From contig JAAOMT010000620.1 of NCBI GenBank assembly GCA_016748015.1, positions 36,940-100,939 of the forward strand: DNA of 64,000 bases. The letters run 5' to 3'. Made by a program: the position numbers and the translations under genes. The stretch comes from Geosiphon pyriformis uo1. Lineage: Eukaryota > Fungi > Glomeromycota. Shown in pieces: positions 50,474-63,859 of this stretch. The notes under the pieces were generated by a model that had not been told where the DNA came from, searched no databases, and saw only the letters and a list, made by a program, of their open reading frames with translations. How positions within the stretch are numbered: the stretch's first letter is position 1; every line of letters begins with the position of its first letter.

Positions 50474-52164
50474 AGTAATAAGTAGTTTTAGTTTTGGCAA
50501 GTCAGTAATTCAAACCATAAAATTTAAATCGCTAAAAATATTTTGCAAAACATAATTTTTAATATTATAAGTTTGGTTTTAAATCTTATTAAAGAGCAAT
50601 GTAGAAAAAAAAATGTCCAAATATTTGAATAATTCATATAATTTATGAAAAAAGAGTGACAAAGTATCTTAATGAAAAGATAGCGCAAATTTGTGATAAA
50701 AATTAATCTAAAGAAAATATCTTATTAAAAATATTCAAATAAAAACTTTAATTTTCATTTAATTTATGTTTACACTATTAAAATGTAAATTAATTGTTTT
50801 TGTACTTATTAAAAATTCTAAAGTAAAACTCTCAACTTTATAGATGTTGATTAAAATTGGAATAACAATTTTTAAATAAAGAATATATTTTTATCAACAG
50901 ATTTAATATTCCCAATTTTTTGGTTGAAATAGTCGTGTTTAAAAAATTGTTTCAATTTAATTTTGGTTTCAGTCTTAATTTTTTATGATCCACAAAACAA
51001 AAAAAAGACTTCAAATAATTTTTTATTCATAAAATGCTTTTAAAATAGATATTATATGTTTTTTAATTATAGAATTATTTATTAAACAAACAGTTTAAGA
51101 TGTTAGAATATGTTTACCATATAAAGAATTTAAAAATTTTAAAGCTGAATCTGGATTTAAGATGATAATTCAGAATGTTTTTATCGGATTTTCTTAGGAC
51201 AAGTTTTTATGATCAACATCCTATATAAGAGTGACTTGCACTATTTGATTTTATTTAAATTTTTTGGGAATGCAATACTTGTAAACAAATAAATCAATTC
51301 AAAAAGCATCTTCTTGGTTTTAAGAATATTATTGCGTTCATTATAGTTTATAGTTTGGAAAAAAACATGAAATTGCAAAAGTTCATAAACGAATAATATT
51401 TAGGAAAAAAAGTCAAGCCAAAATTTGCACAAAACTCTTAAAATAATTTAAACATGTGATTAGACAGAACATTGCTTCAGAAAATATTTTTTCTTAGGCA
51501 TTTTTAAATCTTTAAATTTAAACTTAAAATAAAATATTAATAAAATATTTTATTTACAAAACTTTTAATAACTTTTCTTGCCTAAATTTGGTAAACTTTA
51601 AATTTTAAAATTATTTTTAACACTCTAAAAATTCCAAAAAAAGGAATATAATTTAAGTTTACAAAGTTTTTTACTAAATTTTTTAACAATTAACATTAAG
51701 AAATTGAGAATATACTTTCAAAGAACTTTTGATAAAAAATATATTAAATTTTATGATTTCTATAAATCAATATTCAATACCAAGTAAAAGTAAGAACTTT
51801 TTAAATTAATATCAATTATAAAAAGATTATTATTCTTAATTATATTGTTAATACTGTATTTTAATCTTATTAAAAAATTTAATACATCTAAGATTACAAA
51901 TTAGCTTATATAATACAATATTTCTGTAAATTTTTTCATATCTTAAAAAATCTGTTGAATATAAAATTATTTTGAAATAATTTGAATTAGTTCAGACAAA
52001 AATAGTCATTTTTGCTATAAGTAGATTCTTTTTTTTTTTTTTTATTGCTTAACGAGTGAGGTCCAAACACTACCTAGTATTATACATCAAGGAATTGATC
52101 TAAACTAGGCATGAATCATGCACTTTTTACATGTGATCAACCACTCGGGCCAATCAGAACAATA

Positions 52165-55100
52165 CTATGCAGCTATATAAACTAACACCGATTCATTTAT
52201 ACCTAAAAAGAACAAGCAAGACTTACGAAAACCAAAATGAACACCTAAAGCATTAGTAATGCCAAGTAATCTAACCACCCCTGCAGAGAACCTTGAAGCC
52301 AAACCATGAACCAAGATGATGGCTGAACCATCTAACAAGATCAGTCTATTCTTCTCCATATACGCATGATACTTAGCACGAACTGACCAGACATCCTCCC
52401 TGAAAGCAAGACCAAGAGAGTGCACAAACTTGACAATCTCCAAAACAGCAATCTTGGGGTTGTGAAAGACGGAAACAGCTTTGCAAAACCACTCATTGAA
52501 AACAAAGTCCTTAAAAAGAGCCATGAACACAGAGAAATCAGAAACACTGAATGATAACAGTTGCAATATACCCAAAGAAGAATGAAAGGAACCAGAAAGT
52601 GCCTTCCAGAACTCTACATAAGAATCCAACAGCTGACGTTAAACAGACTCATCAACCTTGCAAGAGAACATATGATTTGACACCTCCACCTCACCACAAT
52701 ACAAGCACAACACACTAGGATAACGTCTATTATAGAGGCACTTTTGAACCACAACTGGCAGCTGATGGTGTAAAGACTTTATAAAGTAAGTATGCATACT
52801 GGACAAAGACCTGCTGGTAAAATCTGCAGCCATGTGTAAATCAGGATGCCATATCAATAATAAGCAGAGCCAATCAACCTCAGAAGACAAGCTGTCCACC
52901 AAAACTCCAGAACCAGAACCAACCTCCCATTGTACATGACAAATAGAATGATAAATATTATGAACAAAATGTCTCAAATTTCCAGAAACAATACCACCAT
53001 CAGCTGACAAGAAGTGCTCACTCAAGTAAGGGGGAAGATACCAATTGGAGAAAGAAACGGCATCAGCGATCATGTCAGCATGCTTGTTTCCTGAAACACC
53101 AGAATGACCTTTCACCTTGTGAAAGCTAACCCTCAACTTCTTATTGCAAATCATGTTGACAATATGACAACGTTCGACCCAACACTGATTATGATAATTG
53201 GGATACACTAGATCCAACTCCGACCTGCAAGCATTCAAAGCCAATTGACTATCTAAGAACAAACAAACAAAGCTTGATGAGGGAACACACTCTAGAGCCA
53301 AGGCAACAGCCTGCAATTCCACCAAAGTAAACAACATCAAACCCAATATACTAACCCCCAAACCCAAACCAATGTCCTCAAAAAAAACAGCAGTGCCAGC
53401 TTTACAGCCAACCATGCCAAGATTACTAAGAGACCCATCCGTATATACTGACAGGCTGCTAGCACCAGTTGCCAAGAGATGATCACAAACAAACACAAAT
53501 TCACCAGACTTAAGAATGTTTGAAGGACCACCATCACCCAAAACTAAAGACTGAGTGTGAGAAAATCCCACACTATTGAGAAACAAAACAGAATGTTTGA
53601 ACCACTCAGGAACTGGGCCACGGGGGTCCAATTTCTTCCACTGCTTGAAAATGTACCAATCATAGACAGCACTATGACAGTCACGAAGTTGATCCACAAA
53701 GGCAATACTATACTGCCAAAGAGAAGGGAGAAACCTGAGAAACCTTGACTCGCCCAGAATCTTAAACATAGGCACTTCACCATGAGACCAAAAAGAACTA
53801 ACTAAAGAGCCACCCAGAGACACATTGCAATCAAGAAAAACACAAACCATGTCTGTCAGAAAATTATTAGATGCACTGACATGAATACAAACAGGAGAAC
53901 TCAATAGATGAACAGGGCACCAACACAGAACTTGCAAGTCATGAGACCTGTAGAAAAACAAACGACTCAAGATACCACCAGAGTTTGCAAAACTGACAAA
54001 GGAAGCAATCTTGTTCTCAGATTGAACTTGAAAAAATGACTTTAAACCATAAAACGAAGGGTAATAAATTGCATCATTAGGGAAATCAAGCAGCAAACCA
54101 GACTTGAGCTTCAAACCTTTATGAATCAAAGCATCCCACTTGTTGTACATGCCAACAGAAATAAAACTGAACTGAGTTCTATAGCTGACTATTGGATGCA
54201 GAACTGCTAATACCAAATACAAGAACTGCTTATCTGTGACTGTCTTCTTCAACACCAGATTGGTGAAAAAGCGAATGTCCGAATGTGCCTTAACCAAGCT
54301 AGACTTCGAAAAATTTTTAGTCAATAGAAAGATGCCCAGATATCGGTGAGATTCCTCCTTTTTGGCAATAGAAATGGGTAAATCACTGATAGAAAGAAAG
54401 GGATTGCTAACTCTGCTATTGATAGGAATGACTACCGTTTTGTCATTATTAATAGAGATGTCATTGACACAAAAAAATTTACTAGTGACATTGAGAATAT
54501 GTTGAGTAGCCGTCTGACTGCTGCCAACCCAAATCGTATCATCAACAAAAACACCAGTGGCAAAAAAAGAAGAAAACCCAGCCTGGGATTTGGAACAATC
54601 ATTCTTGGAAACAAAGTGAGAATTCAATCTATACCTACATACACTCTCCTGTCTTTTGACTTCACACAAAAGAGAGTCATAAAATATGCGTCAGAGAAGA
54701 GAAGAGAAGACCTCTTCCTGGTCCAAACTATCATGCACATGATAACCACTTGTCAATCCAAAATCAGTCATGACTTGATTGGTACAATCCCTATAAATAC
54801 TGCCAAAAAACCGAATAAATTTGCTACATATCTTAATCCTGACCAAATTCTTTTCGAGATGCTCCCAGCCAACCGAGTTATACGCCTTTTACATGTTCTG
54901 TAGAACCAGCCAGAGCTTCTTGTTTTTTTCCAAAGCATCTTCGACTACCGAACCAATTGCAAAAATAGGAGACTGGATTGTTGTACTTTTCAGAACCAAA
55001 AAATTGGCCCCCCGAAGCACATCAAAAGTACTGCATGCCAAAGAAATCCTGTCAGAAAGGATCTTAGAAAGAATCTTGTGAGCCGTTTTGATTAAAGCAA

Positions 55101-56853
55101 TAGGACGTGTGTTCGTCAAAACACCTTCCCACTTATAAGGTTTGGGAATCATTGAGACCTATGCTTCCTTCCAAGAGCTGGGCACTAATTCACTAAACAA
55201 ACAAGAGTTCAAGAGCACCAACAACATATCTAAAACTGACCTATCACAATGTTTCCAAAGCTCATTTGAAATACCTGACAAACCAGCCGCTTTACCATCC
55301 GGAAGATCAGAAACCACTTCAAAGAACTTATCATACTCAATCAAACACATGACACCAGAAAAAGCTTCATCAAAAACATACTCTAGCAGCCAATATTGAA
55401 GGCGCCAATCATCCGAGACATTATCAATTACCCAACGTTTCCTAGTCCAACTTTTTATGATCGCATCCACTTTGGACTTGACCTGCTCAGGTTCTAAAAT
55501 CAAATTATCATCAACTACCAAATAATCCAGCACAACCTTACAAAATGGGTGCTCCAACACACTTCTTATTGTATGATCTTTATCTACTTCAAAGCTTTCC
55601 ATTCTCTTGTCTATTGCAGACTTGATGTTAGCATCTTTAGTACTCTGAAATTCAATGAGCTTGAATGCCCGATAAGATTTTCTGACACCAAAAAGAGCAG
55701 AACAAACATAATCAGATTCTACACCAGAGTCCACCAGATCCTGAATGACCAAAGCACTGACACTGTCCAGAGAAGCCCAACACTTCATGAAAGAAGCAAA
55801 ATCTACAGCACACCTTACACGAAATGCCTTAATAATTTTTGAAACCAGAAGCTCCAACTTGTGAAACCTTGAAAACTCTTTGGTAAAGACATCATTAAAT
55901 TTCTTGAACCACTTTTTCTTGAACACTTTATTAGCCGAAAGAACCATTATCTTGCAAACAACATCCCACATTACATCCAAATCCGAAAACCCCACAGAAA
56001 CAGTAAACTCATCTGAGAACATTGTTGCATTAGCCAACGTGGCACACTTAAAATTGATCCATATACTCTCATCTGTACTCTTGAAATTGAACTTCCATCT
56101 GTCTCTGTTTGCTTGTTTGCGAAAAAAGTTCAATTGCATATCCAAAAGTCTACCTAGACTCAAAGACACCAAAACAGCTTGATGATCTGTGTCAAAATGC
56201 TCACTAACACCCGAAACATTATGATGTACCATCACATTGACCAGATTTGGAGAGACAAACACGTAATCAATCATCCTCTTGACATCTCTAGAATTCTCCC
56301 AAGTGGGCATTTTCACAGCCAGGCTTCCAACCAAAGAATTAATCAATCTCAAATCAAGGCACTTCTTGAAACTCGCACACTTACGAGAGCCGTTTTTATT
56401 AAAATCGCCGCTGAGGATAACAAAGGAAGACTCGTTAACAGCTTTTGCAATGATAGAGTTGATTTTGCCTGCCTGAAAGAACCAGACTGCTGAAGAAGCA
56501 CCAGCGTAAAGTTCCAAAATTGACACAGATAGCTTATTCTTAAAAAGTAACTTGATAGACATGAGCCAACCTGGCACCTCAGACACCTTGCACATATGTT
56601 TCGCCAAAAAAAAGTTCATAACTACCACCACACCAGCACCCAGATACCCAGAATCCAAGCCAGTAGTAAACACCCAAACTCCATCAAACTTGTTAATAAT
56701 TCAGGGTCAAACCTTATCCTTTAACTTAATTTCAGTAAAAATAGAGATTGAATTGTCTATGTTCTTATGCCAATGAATGACATCACTCTGCTTCACAGGG
56801 TTGTTTATTCTCCTAACATTGCATATAGCAACTTTCCATATTAATTCACTCAT
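52165..56853 (-). pseudogene. LINE ORF2 (1562 codons, one frame, six in-frame stops)
   Basis: The ATG overlaps the ORF1 stop (ATGA). APE: CNVR, TE.K, GDFN, IDYVF, TDH. RT: PIAL, QNM*KAYNS, LDQEEVFS, FVDD, YLG. RNase H: YTDGS, ELQA, DSQ, KVKGHSG..GN..AD. C-terminal CLYCGEVEVSNHMFSC. The four track ORFs share one frame. Confidence 0.93.
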
Positions 56854-58748
56854 TGGGAGAGGGATTGGAAGTTCGCACTACTAGCCAAAACCAGACTATT
56901 GAAACAAGTGGACAAGCTCAACACAGATTTGGAGAGGCCTTCCAACATATTTTCTAACTTGACAACATGGGGGGATGTAGACAAGTCCACAATTGTGGCA
57001 GACTTATGGCCATTGGCCATACTCAAGTCCATTTTCACTGTCACATTACTTTCCAAATTCTGTGGTGGGAAAGTCACTGGCAGCTGGCATCCATGACCAG
57101 GCTGGGGAACCACCAGCACGAGCAACTTTAATCTCTTAGTCAACTTATCAATTTGTCCTGCAAGACTGACAAGACCATTCTCAATATTAACCAATCTCTT
57201 TTTTAGATCTTTTGCAACAGGAGGGGTAGATTTACCATCAATGACGAAACCAAAATGTGTCTTACTACCAGAAAGGGAGAGAGCAGAGGAAGCACCAATC
57301 ACTGACACCCAAATTTTACCACCAAAAGCCAAAGGACGAGAAATAGGCACAGATTTCTTTGCATAAATTTTCGCCAATCTGGATTGGTCCTGAACCGAAA
57401 AGGAAGCCTTTCTGCCTCCTGCAATCCCAGCATCTTTGACTGATCTACAACTAAGTGAAGTATGACCAAAATTCTTACAAACCACACATGAAGCCAAAAA
57501 AAGATAAGACCAACAGAGACCAAAGCCTTTTATAACTGGGGTTGTTGCCATTGTATTAACTAATTCCACTTCTGAGCTAAAACACACAGTGGCACAGCAG
57601 GTGCGAGAATAACTGATGGGATTGCAATCAATGAAGCAGGTTTTTCCACCAATAGAACCAATAAAATCTCACAAATCATAAGCAGTGGTTCCCATAGGGA
57701 GAGTATATAACAAAGCTCTAAAATTATCCCTGGCATCCCATGATTGTTTGTTGATGTTAGTCCTGACTACCCGAACCATGTCTTTTCCAATAAGGATAGA
57801 CTACTTAGAGGCTAAAAAATCAGCCTGGTCTTGATCTTCTAATTCAATGATCACTTTTTGCCATAAACCCACCAACTGCATTTTGATCGACTTAATGATG
57901 CCAAATTCAGCCACAGTTGCACACACAGCCTCCAAAGATGTTTCCACAGGAATTTCTTTTAGCACAATTGCTCGATTTGTACAATTGTTGACAGGGCGCT
58001 TAAGATTGGTGTTTACTACAATACCATGGTCATTAGCCAGATTCACCACAGTCATCATCACCTCTTCAGAAGTGAACATAGTCCAAATAATTCCACCAAA
58101 TTTTGAGGGAGTAGAAACCCCCCCAAAACCATTCACACCAGAGAAAAGTTTTCTGACAAAATGTAGTTTTTCCTGTGATGATTTTCCAGAAACAGCCACA
58201 AGATCAATATCCAAAGCAAAGGATTTACGAACAGAAATTTGAACAGAAGATTTAAGCAGGAGAGGTGGTAGAAGGAGGATAGAATCATCTAAAACATCAT
58301 TATCATCATTGCTTTTTCTGCCGAAATTAATAGTATCTAGAGGCTTTCCAAGAACACGCTTGGTAACAATTCTCTTGGGACCTTTGGGTGTTGCCTCAGT
58401 GTTATCACCTCCAGACTCTCCTTTACTTTCAAGCTGAAAACTTGTTTTTTCAATCAGATATTCTTCCTCCATATCAACACTTTCTGACTCAGTAGTATTT
58501 CCACTCTCATGCCCAACCAAATTGCCAAAGATGCCACCTGTAGAGACACCAACCATCTTGACAGGTTTTTTCAACAACCCACTCTTGCGTTTCTTCTTGG
58601 AAGAGGAATCGACTACAGCTGTACCAAAAAGCAATTTTTTCTTGGACCCCTTCATAACAGAAATGCCACCGCTGACAGCAGCTTTGTATTCAAACAAAAA
58701 CAGTTTTGAAGTATCTAACTGAATAGTGACAAAAAATACGAGAAACAA
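56850..58748 (-). pseudogene. LINE ORF1 (gag-like, CCHC zinc knuckle, coiled coil) with two in-frame stops
   Basis: ORFs 57801-58748 and 56850-57587 are in the same frame. CVVCKNFGHTSLSC is C-X2-C-X4-H-X4-C. Basic KKKRK patch. The true start may be the ATG at ~58655. Confidence 0.88.
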
Positions 58749-60089
58749 AAAACTTCTTTCAAAATATGCACTTTTTCAGGACTTTGGGAAATAGGAGAAA
58801 AAGAAGTTTTTTTTTTTTTTTGTAATTTTGATTCTTAATAAATGTGTATTTTGAAAAATGGCTTAAAAAAATATAAAATCCATAAGACAAGAATCGAAAA
58901 TTTATTTGTCAGATTTATGAGTATAATTTTTGGTAATTTAAAAAGATATATTTAGTTATAAAGAATACTTGTTTTAGGAATACAATTTTTGTAAATAAAA
59001 AAATAATACCAAGATACTTTTAATTCTTGACTAATATTTTGTTCAATAGCTAGATGGCTTTTAGTTAAATTAATAGAATAAAACAATTAGTATTTTGTTA
59101 AGATATTTTTTACAATAGAAATTATATTTATCAAGAAGATATTGACACCTTTTTTTGAAACTTATTAAAAAAATCTGATAAAATTTATCAATTAAATGTT
59201 CCAGAAAGTATTTTTTATTTAAAATTACAAATAAGCACCTTTTTTCTTAATAAGATGCCAAAAATTTAGCATTTCATAAATAATGCATTAAAATAAATGC
59301 TATTATCCAAATAATGTCTTTTAAATATAAGAATTAATAGGTTTATTGCATTGAATTAGAAATTTAATGGTCTAATTACTTATTTTTATAATCTTAAAAT
59401 CTATCATTTCTCAGAATTCAATTAATTTGAAGTCTCTCATTTTCTATCTTGTTCAACAATTCAAGAAAACTATCTATTTCGAATTTACATTAATCTTAAT
59501 ATTCAAAGTCTTTGATTATTGCTATCTTTATTCTTTTACATATTAATAGCATTTAATCTTGATGAATATTATTCAGTATCTGAAAAATATCTATACCAAA
59601 AAGCCTAATTAAAAATTATTGTCTCTTTCAAGAGAAAGTAGTAGGTAAAAGTATAATATTTATGAATTTAAATAATTTTCTTATGATAGTTAATGCATTT
59701 TTAAAAACTGCAAATCTTAATAATTAATAAGCAACAACCTAATAAAATAAACAAAGAGTTTTCTAAGCATATTCCATTTGAAATCCTTGAAAAAAATTTT
59801 AAATTAATTGACATTCCCATCTTATTTTCATGCCTACTCATAAATTATTAATGGTTTTGTGAGATTTTTAAAAATTTTTGGGCATCATCTTTTCTTGAGA
59901 GTCTTGCATAAGCTAATTTTCTAAACTCTCTTAAAAAACTCTATTAAATAAAGAAATTTTCATATTGTTCAACATTAAAAAAACCATTTTTGTATATTCT
60001 TCTTTCCTCTAATATTTATACTTTGGAGCTGTACAATTGTTAATTAATGTCTTTTTATTCTCAACAAAACTGTGTTGACAAAAGACCAA

Positions 60090-61139
60090 AGAGTTAAAGT
60101 TTCAATTGTTTTGTGTGAAATTATTAGCCTGATTTTTCAAACTTCTAAGACACTGAATGAATTGCTTTTTAAAGTCTTTACAACACAAGTGTGAGAATTT
60201 CCAGGATCACAAAATGCTTTAGAAAATATTATGAAATTTCATTTCTGAGAAGACTATTATAATTCTAGTTCTGGTTATCATTAAAAAGAAAATGCCAGCA
60301 AATTATTCATTTTATTTTTGATAAAGCTTCCATATTAGGACATGAAAAAAAACAAAAAGATATCGCTAATTTTATCCAGGGCTCAGAAATGACTCATGCA
60401 TCTTCAACTTCACAATTGTAACAAATTACTTAACACTATGATGGTTGCTCTGTCATCTTGGTTCCATTTTCTTAGGACTCTGAGCTTTAACAAAATGGAT
60501 TTTACATCAATGAATGCAGATGGCATAAAAGGATTAAAAGCTTGTGTTAACTCAGAAGCCTTAGATCTGGTTTATTGTAGAAACTGTGATACTGTTCCTC
60601 TGTTTGAGACTGCTAAATTATTCCATCAACTTCGATATTTCTTTTATCTGTTCACACAAAGAACCATTCCAGTAGAATTAGTAAAAACTGTTTTAATTGT
60701 GAGCAATAATCATCTCGAGTTTTTTTCATTGAATTCGTTATTCTGTACAATGTTTCTTCACCCTTCAATTAGTGAAACTTTTCTTTATAACACCCAAAAA
60801 GGCAAGTTCTTTGAATTACCTAGATTAAGCTATAGACAAGTGTCTCAGATTCTCACTGTGTGCTCAAATTTGAAAGACTTTATATTTTTGGTAATGTTGT
60901 ACCTCCCTTTTTTGGAGAATATTGAACAAGCCGCACCAGACAGCTTTCGACATCTGAATATCAATGTTAATGGAGCTCAAAGATTTACTGTACTGGCTCC
61001 ACAATTATTTTTCGAAAGTGAAAAAATTAGTCTGAAATCTTTTCATATTGGTCCACTTTTTAATGACCGAATTCTAGATTGTGTAAAAGAACATGGGATT
61101 GCTGATGTTTATCCTAGGAAAAAAGTTGAATGTAAGTGA
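60090..61139 (+). pseudogene. RNI-like leucine-rich-repeat (F-box/LRR family) protein; 5' part disrupted
   Basis: EFPGSQNALENI, IANFIQ, LMHLQLHNC, LRTLSFNKMDF, GLKACVNSEALDLVYC and ILTVCSNLKDFIF show the AMF F-box/LRR pattern. Upstream stops and a frameshift; GTAAG donor near 61132. Confidence 0.6.
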
Positions 61140-61604
61140 AGCTTTACAAATAATTTATGACTTCTATAAATGGGAATTTTAAAACAAATCTTTTTGATAT
61201 TTTGGTCTTTTTAGATTACCATAGAAGTTACATTCCAGATTTTGGTATCAGAGACTTGAGATATACGCCCATTTTTGAAGAATTTTTTGAGACATAATAT
61301 TGAAAATGTTTTACATTTGGAACCACAAATTATTATTGTTTGAAGATTATAGATTTTTTTCTTCAATTAATCCGACTTTCCAGCTAAAAATTAAAGAAAA
61401 TTTTATTGTTTCATTTATCCATTTTTGAAATCATAAATGGTAAAATCATTATAAATCATAAATTCAAATAATAATATACTTTATCTGTTTATAAACTTCT
61501 CTTTTGCTCTATTAATTTTTGTATTTTTATATCACAAATTAAATGAGTTTTAACATAAAATTATTGGTTTATGGATAGCTACAAGCTATTTCTTGACGAG
61601 ATCT

Positions 61605-61633
61605 GGGTGGCTGATCACGTGTAGAAAGCACGT
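61605..61633 (+). mobile_element. Isolated LINE 3'-UTR motif with CpGs intact
   Basis: gggtggctgatcacgtgtagaaagcacgt matches the motif at 39302 and, in reverse complement, at 52110-52150. Confidence 0.55.
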
Positions 61634-63859
61634 CTCATTTTTTTTCAAAGATTTTCAATTTAATTTAAATCTGAAATTACAAATAATTTGTTTAAAGTTG
61701 AGAAATGTTTTTTTTTAATATATTCTATAGCAATAAATTGTATTAATATAAATTAAATTTGCTGTATTTTGATCAAAATATAGCCTATTTTCTTACAAAA
61801 GATTCCTAATTTCCACCTATCATTTTTTGTTTTAAACATATTCATTAATTTATTAATATCAGAAAAACTAAATTAAGTCCACAAAATTATTCTGCATCCA
61901 ACCTGTCAAAACATACTGAAATCAACTATTTGTTGTAATTAATCCTAAATTTTATTTTGAATTGGAAAAAATTTTATTTGCTAACCATAAATCAAAAACT
62001 TAAAATAAACATAGTGTTCAATCATAATTTGATTCAAGTTTTAATTTTTTATATTTTTTAATTATATATTTTTATATAATACAAATCTATAAAGTTATAT
62101 AAAAATTCAAAAAATTTTGTTCAAATTCATAAAAATTTTTTTTTTGATGTTTTTGACAAATATAATAAAAATTAAATTTAATATAATTTATAATGATAAA
62201 ATCGGCAAGAAAATTAATAACTGTATATATCAGATCAAATTTTTCAGAATTTTATTTTTTGATAAAATATTTTTAATATATATTTTTTTAATATATATTA
62301 TAAATTTAGTTTTTAATCAAGTATTACTTTGGTATACATTATTTTATTGATGAATAAAGCTCAAGTAGCTAAATAATTTTTCAATATTATCCTAAACATT
62401 TTTTAATACCAAGAAAAAAATAAAGCAAGTTTAAAAGTTTTTTGAAAATAAGTAATTTGAAATTCAACTCATAATAATTAACAGAAAAAACTTTTAACAG
62501 AAAAACTCTTAACAAAAAAATAAAAATAAAAATACAATCTATTTATTAAAAAATCAATTCAATTATATGAATAAAAGTAAAACAAATATTATAATATTAA
62601 TTTATAATAATAAATAAGTATATATTTACTTGCTTTTTTTAAATTAGTCTTAATTATTATATTTGTTTTGAAACAAATCTAAATTTTATAATTCGAAGTT
62701 TTCTAAATTTATTTTACTTTAAACAAAATTTATGCTTTTTAAAAACAATCAACCAAAAAATAATTAATATTATAACAAAATAATAATAAATCTTGACAAA
62801 AGTAGTTAAAAATAAAAATAATTTAATTTAAAACATAAATTAAAGCAAAATTTTAAAAAATAAAAGAAAAACTTGTGGTTTTACTGTTTCAACAAAATGA
62901 AAAACCTTTAACTACAAATGCTTTTTTTAATTGAACTTAGATATGAAATTAGATGACATATATAAAACTTTACATTTATTATAAGAGTAATTAAAAATAT
63001 TTATATTTATATATGCAAAATAAATAAAAAAGAGTATTATTTTAAAATATAATAATTTTATTTAATTTAAATCTAGTTTAATTTTTATTTATATGATATT
63101 ATTATTGAAACTCTAAATTTCTGTCACAATAATAAAAAGATTTTATAATATCATTTTTTAGAACATACTCATAAGCGCTAAACTCTTGAAAATCAAACAT
63201 TAAGTGCGAATCATTTTCAATTTTCAATTTAATAAAGAAAATTGGTTTAGAATCAATTTAATTCTTGACTAAATTCCAATTTTTCCAAAGGTTAAACTAC
63301 ATTAAATAAACACTTAAAATATTACAGCTTATTTGACAAGTGCCAGTTTTTTATTTTAACATTAATAATGCTATTTACAGTTGCTTGTAATATTTAATTT
63401 TAAAAATCAAATGATTTTTAAGACATATTTCCACTTCGTTAAGAACTTCATCTTTTATAAAAAAGATTTATTTTGGCCATGCCTTTCTAATTTTTCTGGG
63501 TAAACACAATAACTCTGAAGTTTGGATATATGCAGACACGACTAACTCGCTTTTTAGAAAAGATTTAATGCAATTTATCTCCTCTTCATTTGAAATTCCA
63601 CTTAAATGATTTTGAAGAATTTTATTGTGAATTAATTACAGTTTTAAGCAAGAATGTAAATCATTATCTGAGGTTACAAACAATAAGATAGATGTTCTCA
63701 CACTAAAAATTGACTATTTATATTGATTAAATTTAAATTGAGAAATTCTTTTCCCGATGACTGAAAGATTGGTATCAATTATCTATGTGTAAACGAGATA
63801 ATTATAATTTCTATTTCCATTAAATAAATAGACTCCACGGAATAATATTCTTGAAAAGT

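Larger units (their letters stand above)
52044..58806 (-). mobile_element. Full-length non-LTR retrotransposon (LINE): gag-like ORF1 and ORF2 (APE-RT-RNase H-CCHC), flanked by T15 on both sides
   Basis: GC-richer 6.76-kb block with the domain motifs listed for ORF1 and ORF2. T15 at 52029-52043 and 58807-58821. Confidence 0.95.

Noticed and set aside
52341-58722. Many short overlapping or antisense ORFs within the LINE
   Set aside because: Alternative-frame by-products of the GC-richer ORF1/ORF2 sequence.
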